64,000 nt of DNA, taken from contig DOGZ01000014.1 in the NCBI GenBank assembly GCA_003528115.1, positions 166,081 to 230,080 on the forward strand. Direction: 5' to 3'. Below are positions 27,195-36,951 of this stretch, one piece after another (positions within the stretch are counted from its first letter, which is position 1; each line of letters starts with the position of its first letter). Both the position numbers and the translations under genes were made by a program. Source of the stretch: Candidatus Omnitrophota bacterium. Its GTDB lineage: Bacteria > Omnitrophota > Gorgyraeia > Zapsychrales > Zapsychraceae. Below the pieces are notes generated by a model, which saw only the letters and a program-made list of their open reading frames with translations, was not told the origin of the DNA and searched no databases.

Positions 27195-28220
27195 ATGGAT
27201 CAACACAATGTGGATAAGAATTTGAAACGCCCTTCGAAGTGTTTTCAGGGGGTGGAAAATATTTTTTGTGTCTTTGAGAGATATCCCGTGTTTGTCTTAA
27301 CGGTGATATTCTTGATCGGCGTTATCACGATGGTCCTGCACATGAGGACCCTCACGTCACACCTCATCGCGTCCATGGCTGAGAAAAACGCGGCCCTGTA
27401 TTCTGACGCGCTTGAGGAATTGCGCACCCTCTACACGTCGGAAGTCGTCGAACGCGTCAGAGCCCGGGGGATCGAGGTCACGCATGATTATCAGGAAAAA
27501 GAAGGGGCTATTCCGCTTCCGGTGACTTTGAGCATGATGATAGGGGAACGGATAGCAACCCATGCTCAGGGAGCCAGGAGCCGGCTTTACAGCGATCTTC
27601 CATTCCCCTGGCGCAAAGACGGCGGCCCAAGGGATGATTTTGAAAAGAAAGCTTTAGAATTTTTAAGGAATCATCCCGCGGAGAGTTTTAGCCGTATCGA
27701 GGCCTTTGAGGGGCGTGAGTCCATACGGTACGCGACGGCGGATATCATGCGGCCAAGTTGCGTTCAGTGTCATAATACTCATCCGCAGACGCCTAAAACG
27801 GATTGGAAATCCGGGGATGTCAGGGGTGTGCTGGAGGTCATTCATCCGTTGGATCATTTTATGAGAGAGACAGGGGAGGAGTTGCGGGGAACGGCCGTCT
27901 TTTTATTCATCATCACATTGTCCGCATTGATACTGCTCCTTTTACTGACCGGCCGGCTGCGGCAGACTTCCCGGAGGGTACAGCAACGGACCGAGGAGCT
28001 CGAGAAGGCATTAATGTCAACCGAATCCGCTCATGCCAGGACAGCGCAGGCTTTACAAGAGGCCGAACAAAACCGGCAGCGGACCGAGGAGGCGTTAAAG
28101 CAGACGGAAAACAGCAAAAAAGAACTTGAACGATTGAATGTTTTTATGGTCGGACGGGAACTGAAGATGATGGAGCTCAAAGAAGAGATTAAAGATCTTA
28201 AGGAAAAGTTAGGCAAATAG
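27195..28220 (+). CDS. Membrane-anchored DUF3365 (Tll0287-like) heme-c sensor-domain protein with CxxCH, second TM and cytoplasmic coiled coil; no output domain
   Basis: It has an N-terminal signal-anchor. The periplasmic domain carries the motif PSCVQCHNTHP. A TM helix AVFLFIITLSALILLLLL follows, then an ~80 aa coiled coil. Confidence 0.55.
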   Translation: MDQHNVDKNLKRPSKCFQGVENIFCVFERYPVFVLTVIFLIGVITMVLHMRTLTSHLIASMAEKNAALYSDALEELRTLYTSEVVERVRARGIEVTHDYQEKEGAIPLPVTLSMMIGERIATHAQGARSRLYSDLPFPWRKDGGPRDDFEKKALEFLRNHPAESFSRIEAFEGRESIRYATADIMRPSCVQCHNTHPQTPKTDWKSGDVRGVLEVIHPLDHFMRETGEELRGTAVFLFIITLSALILLLLLTGRLRQTSRRVQQRTEELEKALMSTESAHARTAQALQEAEQNRQRTEEALKQTENSKKELERLNVFMVGRELKMMELKEEIKDLKEKLGK

Positions 28221-28232
28221 ACAACGGTTTTT

Positions 28233-31055
28233 ATGCGTATTAAAACAAAAATATTTTTGACCTTACTCATCGGCGCGGTCATTTTGATAACGGTGGCGAA
28301 TGGGATTCTCTTTTATTTCTCAGCTAATTATATCAAAGATGAGGTTTATGACCATTTAGAGCTGGCGGCTCAATCAAAGGCTCGCCATGTCGAGACATTT
28401 CTTGAGATGATGCAGGGACGCATGATGGATTTCTCTTCCGATGGGTATATTAAAAATTGTTTAGCCGAGATGAACGGTGTTTCTGATGGAAGTATGGATC
28501 CAATGGTCATCACGTGCACCGCGGACACATTAAGTCAGCATTTGAGGATCAACAAGCTGCCGGCCATAGAAGGGGCTGGGGAGATTTTTGTCCTGGATCT
28601 GGGAGGAAAAGTATCGGCCTCATCCATGAACGAACGCATCGGACGGGATGAATCTCAAAGCCTCTATTTCTTAAAGGGGAAAGAAAGCATTTTATTATCG
28701 GATATATTTTTCTCTAAAGAGTATCAGCAAAACTTTTTTACAGTTTCGGCGCCGGTTAGGAAAGAAAACCGGCTTGTGGGGATCGTCGCCGGAAAAATCA
28801 GTCCACAGATGTTGTACGCTATTCTGCGGGAACCCGTTGGATTAGGCCAAACGGGGGAGATGTATTTAGTCAACAAGGAAGGGTTTATGATCAGCCCCTC
28901 CAGATTTGTGGAGCATGTTATTTTGGCGAAGCAGATTGATCCCAACGTCATCCAAGGAGTTTCGGATCATTGGGGGAAAATGTCTTTTCTGAAGAAAGGC
29001 CAACGCTGGCATAATAATTTTCTGGTTTATAAGAATTACAGGGGCGCCACGGTTTTGGGAACCCTCGCGTATGTGCCGGCCATGGCCTGGTATCTCGTGG
29101 TGGAAACTCAAATGAGTGAAATCTTCTCCCCGCTGGTTCAACTTCTGTGGAGTTTTATTCTTGTCGGGGTACTTTCTCTGTGTCTTATTTATGTTGTCTC
29201 AAACCGGATCGGCCAGAAAATTAGCGATCCTATCGAGCGTCTTCAGTCCGGAACAGAAATCATCACGCGCGGGAATTTAGATCATCACCTCAAGGTTGAA
29301 ACCAATGACGAGATTGGCCAGTTGACGAAATCCTTTAATTATATGACGGATAAATTGAGGGAGACGAATCAGCGCCTTGAAGAGAAAATCAGAGATTTCG
29401 CCCTGAATTTGAAATTGTCAGAGCGGCAGAACAAGATTTTGGAAGACACGAAAAAAGCCACCCTCAATCTTCTGGAAGACCTCAGGGAAGAGCGCAGAAA
29501 GCTTGAGGAAAGTGAAGTCAAGATCCGTTCGGTGGTCGAGAACGCCGTTGACGGCATTATTGTCATTAACAGCCAGGGGATCATAGATTCATTTAACGCG
29601 GCGGCCGCGCGGATCTTCGGTTATGAGGCGAAAGACGTGCTGGGACAGAATATCAAAATGCTTATGCCGGAGCCTTACCGCGGCCAGCATGACAGTTATC
29701 TGAAACGTTACAAAGAGACGGGGGAGAAGAGAATTATCGGCTCTGGACGGGAAGTCCATGGGCAGCATAAAGACGGGACGGTCTTTCCTCTGGATTTGGC
29801 TGTCAATGAAATGAAAATTGGAGAAAGGACGATGTTTACCGGTATTGTGAGAGATATCACGGATCGAAAAATGACTCAGGAACGATTGCGTTTACAGGCT
29901 AAAGCCCTGGAGAGCGCGGCCAATGTGATCATCATTACGGACACCTCCGGTATCATTCGATGGGTGAATCCGGCCTTTACGAAGGTGACGGGGTATATGC
30001 CGCAAGAGGCTATCGGGCGAAAGTCGAGTTTGATTAATTCCGGGAAGCAACCCAAATTTATTTATGAAAAACTCTGGCGGATGATCATGGACGGACAGGT
30101 CTGGCAAGGAGAATTGATCAACCGGCGCAAAGACGGGACTTTTTATTATGTGGATCTGACGATTACGCCTGTTTTTGATGAAAACGGCGGCATTGTTTCC
30201 TATATCGGCATCAGTCAGGATATTACCGATAGAAAAAAAGCTGAACAGCAAATGATTCAGCAGAAGGAAAATTTAGAGAAGGTGAATCTTGAGCTCGACA
30301 GTTTTGTTTATACGGCCAGTCATGATTTGCGCGCCCCTTTACGCGGGATCGCCTCATTTGCCACTTTTCTGGAAGAAGACTATAAAGACAAATTGGACGC
30401 TGAAGGAAAAGATTATTTAAATGAAATCCGCAAAGGCGCCGATCGATTGAGCGCTCTCATTGATGATCTCCTGACGCTTTCCAGGATCGCCAGGATCAAG
30501 AATCCGTATGAGAAAGTGGATATCCGAACCCTCATTGAGGCTGTTCGGGAACGGCTGGAATTCGATATCAAAGAAAGCAAAGTGGAGTTGGGCGTTCAGG
30601 AAAATCTACCGCTTCTTGTGTGCGATCGGATAAAATTAGGTGAGGTTTTTGTGAATTTGATTAATAACTCGATAAAATTCTCTTCGAAAAGCAATAAAGA
30701 AAATCCCAAGGTCGACATAGGCTATAACGAGAGAGAAAAATTTTATGAATTTTATGTGAAAGATAACGGGATCGGCATCGATCCGCAGTACCATGAAAGG
30801 ATTTTTGAGATTTTTAAGCGGTTGCACAAACCCGGTGAGTATGAAGGCACCGGAGCTGGTTTGAGTATTGTTAAACGTATCGTCGAAGATCATGGCGGCC
30901 GGGTATGGGTTGAGTCGCGTTTAGGCCAGGGGGCGGTCTTTTATTTCACGATTCCTAAAGACTTGAAGATAGAGAATGAGGAAGAAGAAAATTTGGCTGA
31001 CGGGAATTACCTCTCTCAATCTGCGTTAAAAGAAAAAAACATGAAAGAAACGTGA
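28233..31055 (+). CDS. Sensor histidine kinase: periplasmic Cache-like domain, HAMP, coiled coil, two PAS, HisKA, HATPase_c (no receiver)
   Basis: TM1 opens a ~280 aa periplasmic domain closed by TM2. The HAMP is …GQLTKSFNYMTDKLRE. The H-box is YTASHDLRAPLRGI. The G-boxes are DNGIGID and GTGAGLSIV. Confidence 0.85.
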   Translation: MRIKTKIFLTLLIGAVILITVANGILFYFSANYIKDEVYDHLELAAQSKARHVETFLEMMQGRMMDFSSDGYIKNCLAEMNGVSDGSMDPMVITCTADTLSQHLRINKLPAIEGAGEIFVLDLGGKVSASSMNERIGRDESQSLYFLKGKESILLSDIFFSKEYQQNFFTVSAPVRKENRLVGIVAGKISPQMLYAILREPVGLGQTGEMYLVNKEGFMISPSRFVEHVILAKQIDPNVIQGVSDHWGKMSFLKKGQRWHNNFLVYKNYRGATVLGTLAYVPAMAWYLVVETQMSEIFSPLVQLLWSFILVGVLSLCLIYVVSNRIGQKISDPIERLQSGTEIITRGNLDHHLKVETNDEIGQLTKSFNYMTDKLRETNQRLEEKIRDFALNLKLSERQNKILEDTKKATLNLLEDLREERRKLEESEVKIRSVVENAVDGIIVINSQGIIDSFNAAAARIFGYEAKDVLGQNIKMLMPEPYRGQHDSYLKRYKETGEKRIIGSGREVHGQHKDGTVFPLDLAVNEMKIGERTMFTGIVRDITDRKMTQERLRLQAKALESAANVIIITDTSGIIRWVNPAFTKVTGYMPQEAIGRKSSLINSGKQPKFIYEKLWRMIMDGQVWQGELINRRKDGTFYYVDLTITPVFDENGGIVSYIGISQDITDRKKAEQQMIQQKENLEKVNLELDSFVYTASHDLRAPLRGIASFATFLEEDYKDKLDAEGKDYLNEIRKGADRLSALIDDLLTLSRIARIKNPYEKVDIRTLIEAVRERLEFDIKESKVELGVQENLPLLVCDRIKLGEVFVNLINNSIKFSSKSNKENPKVDIGYNEREKFYEFYVKDNGIGIDPQYHERIFEIFKRLHKPGEYEGTGAGLSIVKRIVEDHGGRVWVESRLGQGAVFYFTIPKDLKIENEEEENLADGNYLSQSALKEKNMKET

Positions 31056-31124
31056 AGGAAACGCGGCGAAGACGGGGGGAACAGAACGTTCACCGCTCCA
31101 CGCTGCCGGGATAGGAAGGCCTGT

Positions 31125-32504
31125 GTGAAAGAAAAAAAACGGCTAGTCATCATTGGTAAATTATCTTTTGTAGAGGACATGGATGTTTTCTTGTCTCAAG
31201 AGGATTTTATTATAGAAAAAGCCGATACCAAGGAGGTCATCACTAAGAGCATTCAACGTGCGGATATGGATATTATTGTTTTTGACGATGATTCCTACCG
31301 TCTCGTTGACGACGCCTTTCATCAGGAGGTCATCCGGCTCATGAGGGCGTCCGGGAAAAATTTTATTGTTGTCTCCTCCAGGTCCATCCCTTCGGCGGTG
31401 ATGGAGGCGAACGAATGGGGGGCCGCGGATTTTATTGTTAAACCGTATAATTGCCGGGAATTCATCGCGCGGATCAATGCCCTTGTGGAAAAAAAAGTCC
31501 GGGTAACTTGTGTGGGCGGGGGGACAGGTCTTTTTAGTTTACTTTTAGGATTTAAAAATCTTTCAGATATCCATTTGACTTCGATTGTCAGCATGAGTGA
31601 TGACGGCGGGTCGTCGGGGAAACTCAGATCTTCGTTCGGGATCCTTCCTCCCGGCGATATCCGCCGAAGCCTGGTCGCTCTTTCCAGCGCGCCTATTTTG
31701 ATGAATGATGTGATGCAGTACCGGTTTCAGAGAGGGAATGAGCTGACGGGACATAGTTTTGGGAATTTATTTCTCACAGCCTTGGCTGAAATCAAGGGGT
31801 CCATGGCGGAGGCCGTAAGAAGCCTTGGGGACATTCTCAACATTCAGGGAATCGTCCTGCCGATAACCAATACACAGACCACCCTCTGCGCTGAGTTTGA
31901 AGACGGGACGATTATCAAAGGGGAAAGCAAGATTGACCGGGCTGAGGAACGGGCCGCGCATCTCAATATCGCCAGAGTCTGGCATGAGCCGGAGACCAAT
32001 TTGGGTATCGAGGCGTATTCGGCGATCATCAACGCGGATTTGATTATCATGGGGCCGGGGGATTTATTCACGAGTGTAATCACGAATTTGATCGTCAATG
32101 GTTTTTGTGAAGCGGTTTCCAATTCTTTAGCCAGGAAATTGTACATTTGTAATCTCATGACCAAAGAGGGGGAGACCTCCGGGTTTGACGTCCGGCGGCA
32201 TGTCCAGGAGATGATTAAATATTTGGGGGAGGACATTTTGGATTGTGTCCTTATTTCGAACACCAGACTTTCGGAAAAGGCGATTTCCGACTATGCCAGA
32301 AAGAACCAGGAACCGGTGAAATTGGGCCCTTGGGAAGAGTTGCACCAACTCACCAAGGCTAAGATGATCGTTGCTGATGTCGGGCATGAAACCCAGCTCG
32401 TGCGCCATGATAGCGTTAAATTAAAGAATGAGATTTTGAAAATTATACAGAATCATATGCGTGTTCATCCGCCTACGCCCGATACCACAACTACTCATGC
32501 GTAA
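31125..32504 (+). CDS. Receiver-like domain fused to a YvcK/CofD-like (UPF0052) domain
   Basis: The N-terminal 120 aa are REC-like (…DIIVFDDD…FIVKPY…). The C-terminal ~330 aa carry the YvcK hallmark VGGGTGLFSLLLG…IVSMSDDGGSSGKLRSSFGILPPGDIRRSL. The start is GTG. Confidence 0.7.
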   Translation: MKEKKRLVIIGKLSFVEDMDVFLSQEDFIIEKADTKEVITKSIQRADMDIIVFDDDSYRLVDDAFHQEVIRLMRASGKNFIVVSSRSIPSAVMEANEWGAADFIVKPYNCREFIARINALVEKKVRVTCVGGGTGLFSLLLGFKNLSDIHLTSIVSMSDDGGSSGKLRSSFGILPPGDIRRSLVALSSAPILMNDVMQYRFQRGNELTGHSFGNLFLTALAEIKGSMAEAVRSLGDILNIQGIVLPITNTQTTLCAEFEDGTIIKGESKIDRAEERAAHLNIARVWHEPETNLGIEAYSAIINADLIIMGPGDLFTSVITNLIVNGFCEAVSNSLARKLYICNLMTKEGETSGFDVRRHVQEMIKYLGEDILDCVLISNTRLSEKAISDYARKNQEPVKLGPWEELHQLTKAKMIVADVGHETQLVRHDSVKLKNEILKIIQNHMRVHPPTPDTTTTHA

Positions 32505-33021
32505 GTTGACTCATGAAGAGATTGTTACAAGACAAGGCCGGAAACTTCAGGAACCGCGTTTGCCGTTTTCCATTATTTTGAATAATATTCGAAGTCTTTA
32601 CAATGTTGGTTCCATATTCCGCACGGCAGACGGAGCCGGGGTGGAGAAAATATGGCTTTGCGGCATTACCGGTCGTCCGCCCAATCCGAGGATATCCAAA
32701 ACAGCCCTGGGGGCCGAAGAACACGTCGCGTGGGAATATCGCGACGATTCCCAAACGGTTATCGGGGATTTAAAAAAGCGTGACTATCAGATTGTTATCC
32801 TTGAACAGGCAGCGGGGAGTTGTTTGTATGAAGATTTTGTGCCTACACCGCCGGTGTGTTTAGTCATCGGCAATGAAATTGACGGTGTTTCTCAATCCAT
32901 TATTCAGTTATGCGACGCGGCCATTGAAATTGAAATGGCGGGGTTGAAAAATTCGTTGAATGTTTCTGTGGCCTTTGGCATTGTTGCGTATCACTTCAGG
33001 AAAAATCTGAGGAATCGGTAA
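32497..33021 (+). CDS. SpoU/TrmH-family RNA 2'-O-methyltransferase
   Basis: SpoU motifs are NVGSIFRTADGAGVE and SLNVSVAFGIVAYHF. It overlaps the upstream stop by 8 nt (ATGCGTAA). Confidence 0.75.
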   Translation: MRKLTHEEIVTRQGRKLQEPRLPFSIILNNIRSLYNVGSIFRTADGAGVEKIWLCGITGRPPNPRISKTALGAEEHVAWEYRDDSQTVIGDLKKRDYQIVILEQAAGSCLYEDFVPTPPVCLVIGNEIDGVSQSIIQLCDAAIEIEMAGLKNSLNVSVAFGIVAYHFRKNLRNR

Positions 33022-33063
33022 AATTTTTTATAAATTTAAGATTCAGAAATAGGAGGGGAAAGT

Positions 33064-33921
33064 ATGAAGAGTTTAAGAATGATAACTGTTTATATGGGAT
33101 TCATCATGATCATGGGAAACGTTTCATGGGCTGAGGAAGAGGCCAATGATACGTTAGCCGTAAAATCCCGGCATATTTTTTCCAGCGATATTGATGCGAC
33201 CGCTTCGGATATCAGCATGACGGAAACAGAATTTAAATACGCTCACGAATTCAAGGCCGGCGGTGTCCTCCCGATTGAATATTCATTCCATTTCGGGCAT
33301 ATCGATATCGAAGATGATGATCCGTTGGACCTGCCTTCCCATTTGGAATCCCGCAGCTTGGGACTCGGGGTCAAACTGCCGGCGCCCTTATTGGATCAGG
33401 ATAAATTTTTTGTCGGACTGGATATCTTCCCGACGCTCAATACGGATGCCTGGCGGTGGGAATCCAGCGCGTTTCGCCTGCCTTTTCGGAGTTATCTTAT
33501 TTATAAGGAAAGCGATGATTTTATTTTGGTAGGCGGTGTTTCTGTCAGGCCGGAGTATGATACGACCGTCCTTCCGGTACTCGGCGTGATTTACAAACCG
33601 AATGATCGTCTGTCGTTCAATTTGGCTTCAGAGAATCCGAATATCACGTATAAATTTAACGACACAACGAATCTGATTTGGGAATTTGATTATAAGCTTG
33701 ATGAGTACGAGGTCCGGCGAAGCGGCCAACAAGGGGTGGTTCTTGAGTATCGTGAAACGTCAGCGGGGTTCGGGGTGGAGCACGCCTTTAATGAAAATGT
33801 TTCCGGCCTTCTCACGGTTGGGGGTGTTTTTAACCGGCGGCTTGAATATAAAGATGATGTCGGCAAGGTCATCCCCGACAGCGGTTTTTATGTGAATGCT
33901 AAATTTACCGCGAGTTTTTGA
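33064..33921 (+). CDS. Outer-membrane beta-barrel protein (signal peptide, alternating amphipathic strands, C-terminal Phe)
   Basis: A signal peptide is present. The sequence ends …VNAKFTASF, an OMP-typical C-terminal aromatic. An AGGAGGGGA SD is present. Confidence 0.5.
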   Translation: MKSLRMITVYMGFIMIMGNVSWAEEEANDTLAVKSRHIFSSDIDATASDISMTETEFKYAHEFKAGGVLPIEYSFHFGHIDIEDDDPLDLPSHLESRSLGLGVKLPAPLLDQDKFFVGLDIFPTLNTDAWRWESSAFRLPFRSYLIYKESDDFILVGGVSVRPEYDTTVLPVLGVIYKPNDRLSFNLASENPNITYKFNDTTNLIWEFDYKLDEYEVRRSGQQGVVLEYRETSAGFGVEHAFNENVSGLLTVGGVFNRRLEYKDDVGKVIPDSGFYVNAKFTASF

Positions 33922-33978
33922 AAATTTGATTGACCTCCGCAGGAGTGGGAATTTTGGGCGGAAGAAGGGTGTTGGGAC

Positions 33979-34338
33979 ATGGTAAAGAAAGTGTTGGTTG
34001 TGGATGATGATCACGCCACGCTCCTTTTAGTCAAAAGGGCGTTGGCCTTGAAGGGGTATAATGTCATTTGCGCGTCGGACGGATTAGACGCCTTGGTCCA
34101 GATTAAGAAAGAAAAACCTGATCTGGTGATTCTGGATGTCATGATGCCGGAGATCAATGGGTATGATGTCTGTTATCAATTAAGATTTAATAAAGATTTT
34201 GAGCAGGTTCCGATTATCCTGCTGACGAACAGAGATCAGGAACTGGATGATAGTCTGAGCCAGAGGCTCAACATTGAGTATCTTTCCAAACCTTTTGATA
34301 CGCAGGTATTGTTAAAAAAAGTAGAGACTTTTTTATGA
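33979..34338 (+). CDS. Single-domain CheY-like response regulator
   Basis: The sequence reads KVLVVDDDHATL…DLVILDVMMP…LSKPF, with the acidic pocket, phospho-acceptor D and conserved K all present. Confidence 0.8.
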   Translation: MVKKVLVVDDDHATLLLVKRALALKGYNVICASDGLDALVQIKKEKPDLVILDVMMPEINGYDVCYQLRFNKDFEQVPIILLTNRDQELDDSLSQRLNIEYLSKPFDTQVLLKKVETFL

Positions 34339-35192
34339 ACCTGGCTTTGTTAGGTGTTGGATTGATGGGTTATCCCGTCGCCGAACGGCTTCTTCAAAGC
34401 GGGCATCAACTCACGGTTTATAATCGGACCATTGCCAAAGTCTATCCGCTTAAAGAAAAAGGTGCAAGGATCGCCCGGACGCCGCAAGAGGCTTGGAGTG
34501 AAGCAGAGGGAATTCTTCTGACGCTCTCTGATGCGCAGGCGATCGCGGATGTGCTGTTTTCCGGAACATATTCGGATTTTCTGGGGAAAACGATCATTCA
34601 GATGGGAACCATCGGGCCGTCGGAAAGCAGGGCCATTCAGAAAGAATTGGCCGCGCGCGGGGCGGATTATTTTGAATGTCCTGTTTTAGGCAGTCGTCAG
34701 GAGGCCGCGGAGGGAACGCTCATTTTGTTGGTAGGTTCAAGCGACGCGCAATTTCAGAAATGGAAGGGTTTTTTCAAGGCCCTTGGCCCCGACCCCTGGC
34801 ATATCGGAGGCGTGGGGCAAGCCGCGGCGCTTAAATTAGCCTTGAATCAATTGATTGCCTCCCATGCGGTTGGTTTTTCTTTAAGCCTGGGGTTGATCGA
34901 GAGGAACCATATCCCGGTGGAAATATTTATGGATATCTTGCGTCAGAGCGCTTTATATGCGCCGATGTTTGATAAAAAATTGGCCAACTGGTTAAGGCGT
35001 GATTACGCGCGTCCGAATTTTCCCGCCAAACATTTGTTTAAAGACGTCGCGTTGATATTCCAAGAAGCCAAGGACAAGGGTTTATCGACGGAATCGTTAG
35101 AGGCGCTGCGTCAGCTCCTTTTAAAAACCATGGACAAAGGGTTGGGGGATCTGGATTATTCGTCCGTCTTTAACGCGGTGAATAATATTTAG
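34335..35192 (+). CDS. NAD(P)-dependent dehydrogenase, 3-hydroxyisobutyrate/6-phosphogluconate dehydrogenase-like family
   Basis: The N-terminus is LALLGVGLMGYPVAERLL. It has an ATGA overlap with the CheY-like gene. Confidence 0.75.
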   Translation: MNLALLGVGLMGYPVAERLLQSGHQLTVYNRTIAKVYPLKEKGARIARTPQEAWSEAEGILLTLSDAQAIADVLFSGTYSDFLGKTIIQMGTIGPSESRAIQKELAARGADYFECPVLGSRQEAAEGTLILLVGSSDAQFQKWKGFFKALGPDPWHIGGVGQAAALKLALNQLIASHAVGFSLSLGLIERNHIPVEIFMDILRQSALYAPMFDKKLANWLRRDYARPNFPAKHLFKDVALIFQEAKDKGLSTESLEALRQLLLKTMDKGLGDLDYSSVFNAVNNI

Positions 35193-35250
35193 CCATGATT
35201 TTCACGATGGAATCTTTGAATTGAGAATAGATCGGGAGTCGGCAACGCCT

Positions 35251-36216
35251 ATGATTCGTGCCCAGAATGTCACAAAGTATTTCGGCGGATTTCCAGCCCT
35301 TAAAAATATTTCTTTTGAGGTGGCGAAGGGCGAGATTATCGGATTTCTGGGGCAAAACGGCGCGGGCAAGACAACGTTGATGCGTGTTTTAACGACGTAT
35401 TTACCGGCCAGTGCGGGCAAGGTTTACATCGCAGGGATGGATGTGTCGAGGCGTTCTTTAGAAATTCGACGGCGCGTGGGGTATCTGCCGGAAAATCCGC
35501 CGCTTTACGGGAATATGACCATCCGTGAGTATCTTAAGTTCGCGGCGCGTTTAAAGGATATCCCGCACAGACAGCAGCGGCCGCACGTTGAAAGGGTTTT
35601 GAAAGATTGTGATCTTTGGGAAGCCAGGGATAAGGTCATTGCCACGCTTTCCAAAGGGTACAAACAAAGAGTCGGCATTGCCCAGGCGATTCTTCATGAG
35701 CCGGAGCTTCTTATTTTGGACGAGCCGACCAGCGGTCTGGATCCCGCGCAGATTCTCCAGGTGCGGCGGCTGATTAAAAGTTTGGAATATCGCAGGACCG
35801 TCATTCTGAGCACGCATATTCTCTCTGAGATCGAACAAATGGCCCAAAGGGTCCTGATCATCAAATCCGGCGAGATCTTAGCGGATTCATCCATCGAGAA
35901 TCTTTTGAAGGGCCCGGGAGGGACATCGGAAGATGGCCGGAGAGTCTGTCTGCGCGTGCAAGGGGTGAGACTGGATTTGGAACCGGCCATCGGAGGAATT
36001 CCCGGGATCAAACTCGCGCGTTGGGCGTCGGAGAATAATACGCATGGCATTGACCTCGAGATGACTCATCCATCGGGCGATTTCAATGAGCTGGCGGAGA
36101 AAGTGGCGCGGGCCGGCGGCCGGATTTTGGAAATCAAAGAATCAAAGGTGAGTTTGGAAGAAGTGTTTCTCCAGATTTCGGGTAACAAGGATCTTTCCCA
36201 TTCGTCACGCGCGTGA
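35251..36216 (+). CDS. ABC transporter ATP-binding protein, GldA-like (ABC-2 type) with C-terminal extension
   Basis: The N-terminus is MIRAQNVTKYFGGFPALKNISFEVAKGEIIGFLGQNGAGKTT. The signature LSKGYKQRVGIA and Walker B ILDEPTSGLD are present. Confidence 0.8.
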   Translation: MIRAQNVTKYFGGFPALKNISFEVAKGEIIGFLGQNGAGKTTLMRVLTTYLPASAGKVYIAGMDVSRRSLEIRRRVGYLPENPPLYGNMTIREYLKFAARLKDIPHRQQRPHVERVLKDCDLWEARDKVIATLSKGYKQRVGIAQAILHEPELLILDEPTSGLDPAQILQVRRLIKSLEYRRTVILSTHILSEIEQMAQRVLIIKSGEILADSSIENLLKGPGGTSEDGRRVCLRVQGVRLDLEPAIGGIPGIKLARWASENNTHGIDLEMTHPSGDFNELAEKVARAGGRILEIKESKVSLEEVFLQISGNKDLSHSSRA

Positions 36217-36219
36217 CGT

Positions 36220-36951
36220 ATGGGCATGAAACGGGGGATTATGCGCAAGATCTTCGCCATAGCCAAGAAAGAACTCGCCAGCCATTTCAAATCCCCTGTC
36301 GCCTATCTTATTCTGGTCATTACCATCTCCGTTTTTAATGTCTTTTTTTTTATGATCCTGGATGAAAACCGGGAAGCCAGCTTGCGGGATATCTTTAAGG
36401 TCATGGAATTTATGTTTGTCTTTTTTATCCCCATTTTAACTATGAAGACTTTTGCTGAAGAAAAGTTTACAGGGACTATGGAGTTTTTGATGACAACTCC
36501 GACAAGCTCCACGGCTATTGTTCTGGGAAAATATCTCGGGTCTCTTTTGTTTTTCACTTTGATTATTTTAGCGACGTCCGTTTATTACGTGATGATCGAG
36601 TTCTTCAGCTCCCCCGACCGCGCGGCAATACTGACAGGATACTTGGGCATATGGCTGGAGGGCGCTTTTTTTATCGCCATTGGGATCCTGACCTCTTCCT
36701 GGACGCGGCATCAGGTGGTCGCGGCCATCAGTTCTTATGTGATCGTATTCCTCGTCTATTTCTCGGTGAGTTTCATCAAGTATTTTCAGGGAACGGCTGA
36801 GTCGCTGATCCGTTATGTCTGTACTATGACGCACATGGAAAATTTTGCCGCCGGCCTTCTCACGGTCACGGATTTGGTATATTACCTCAGCGGAATCCTT
36901 TTTTGTCTTGTTTGCACAAGGATCAGCATTGAAAACCGTCTATGGCACTAG
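36220..36951 (+). CDS. ABC-2 family permease, GldF-like
   Basis: The N-terminus FAIAKKELASHFKSPVAYLIL matches the GldF N-terminus. It has 6 TM helices. Confidence 0.7.
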   Translation: MGMKRGIMRKIFAIAKKELASHFKSPVAYLILVITISVFNVFFFMILDENREASLRDIFKVMEFMFVFFIPILTMKTFAEEKFTGTMEFLMTTPTSSTAIVLGKYLGSLLFFTLIILATSVYYVMIEFFSSPDRAAILTGYLGIWLEGAFFIAIGILTSSWTRHQVVAAISSYVIVFLVYFSVSFIKYFQGTAESLIRYVCTMTHMENFAAGLLTVTDLVYYLSGILFCLVCTRISIENRLWH

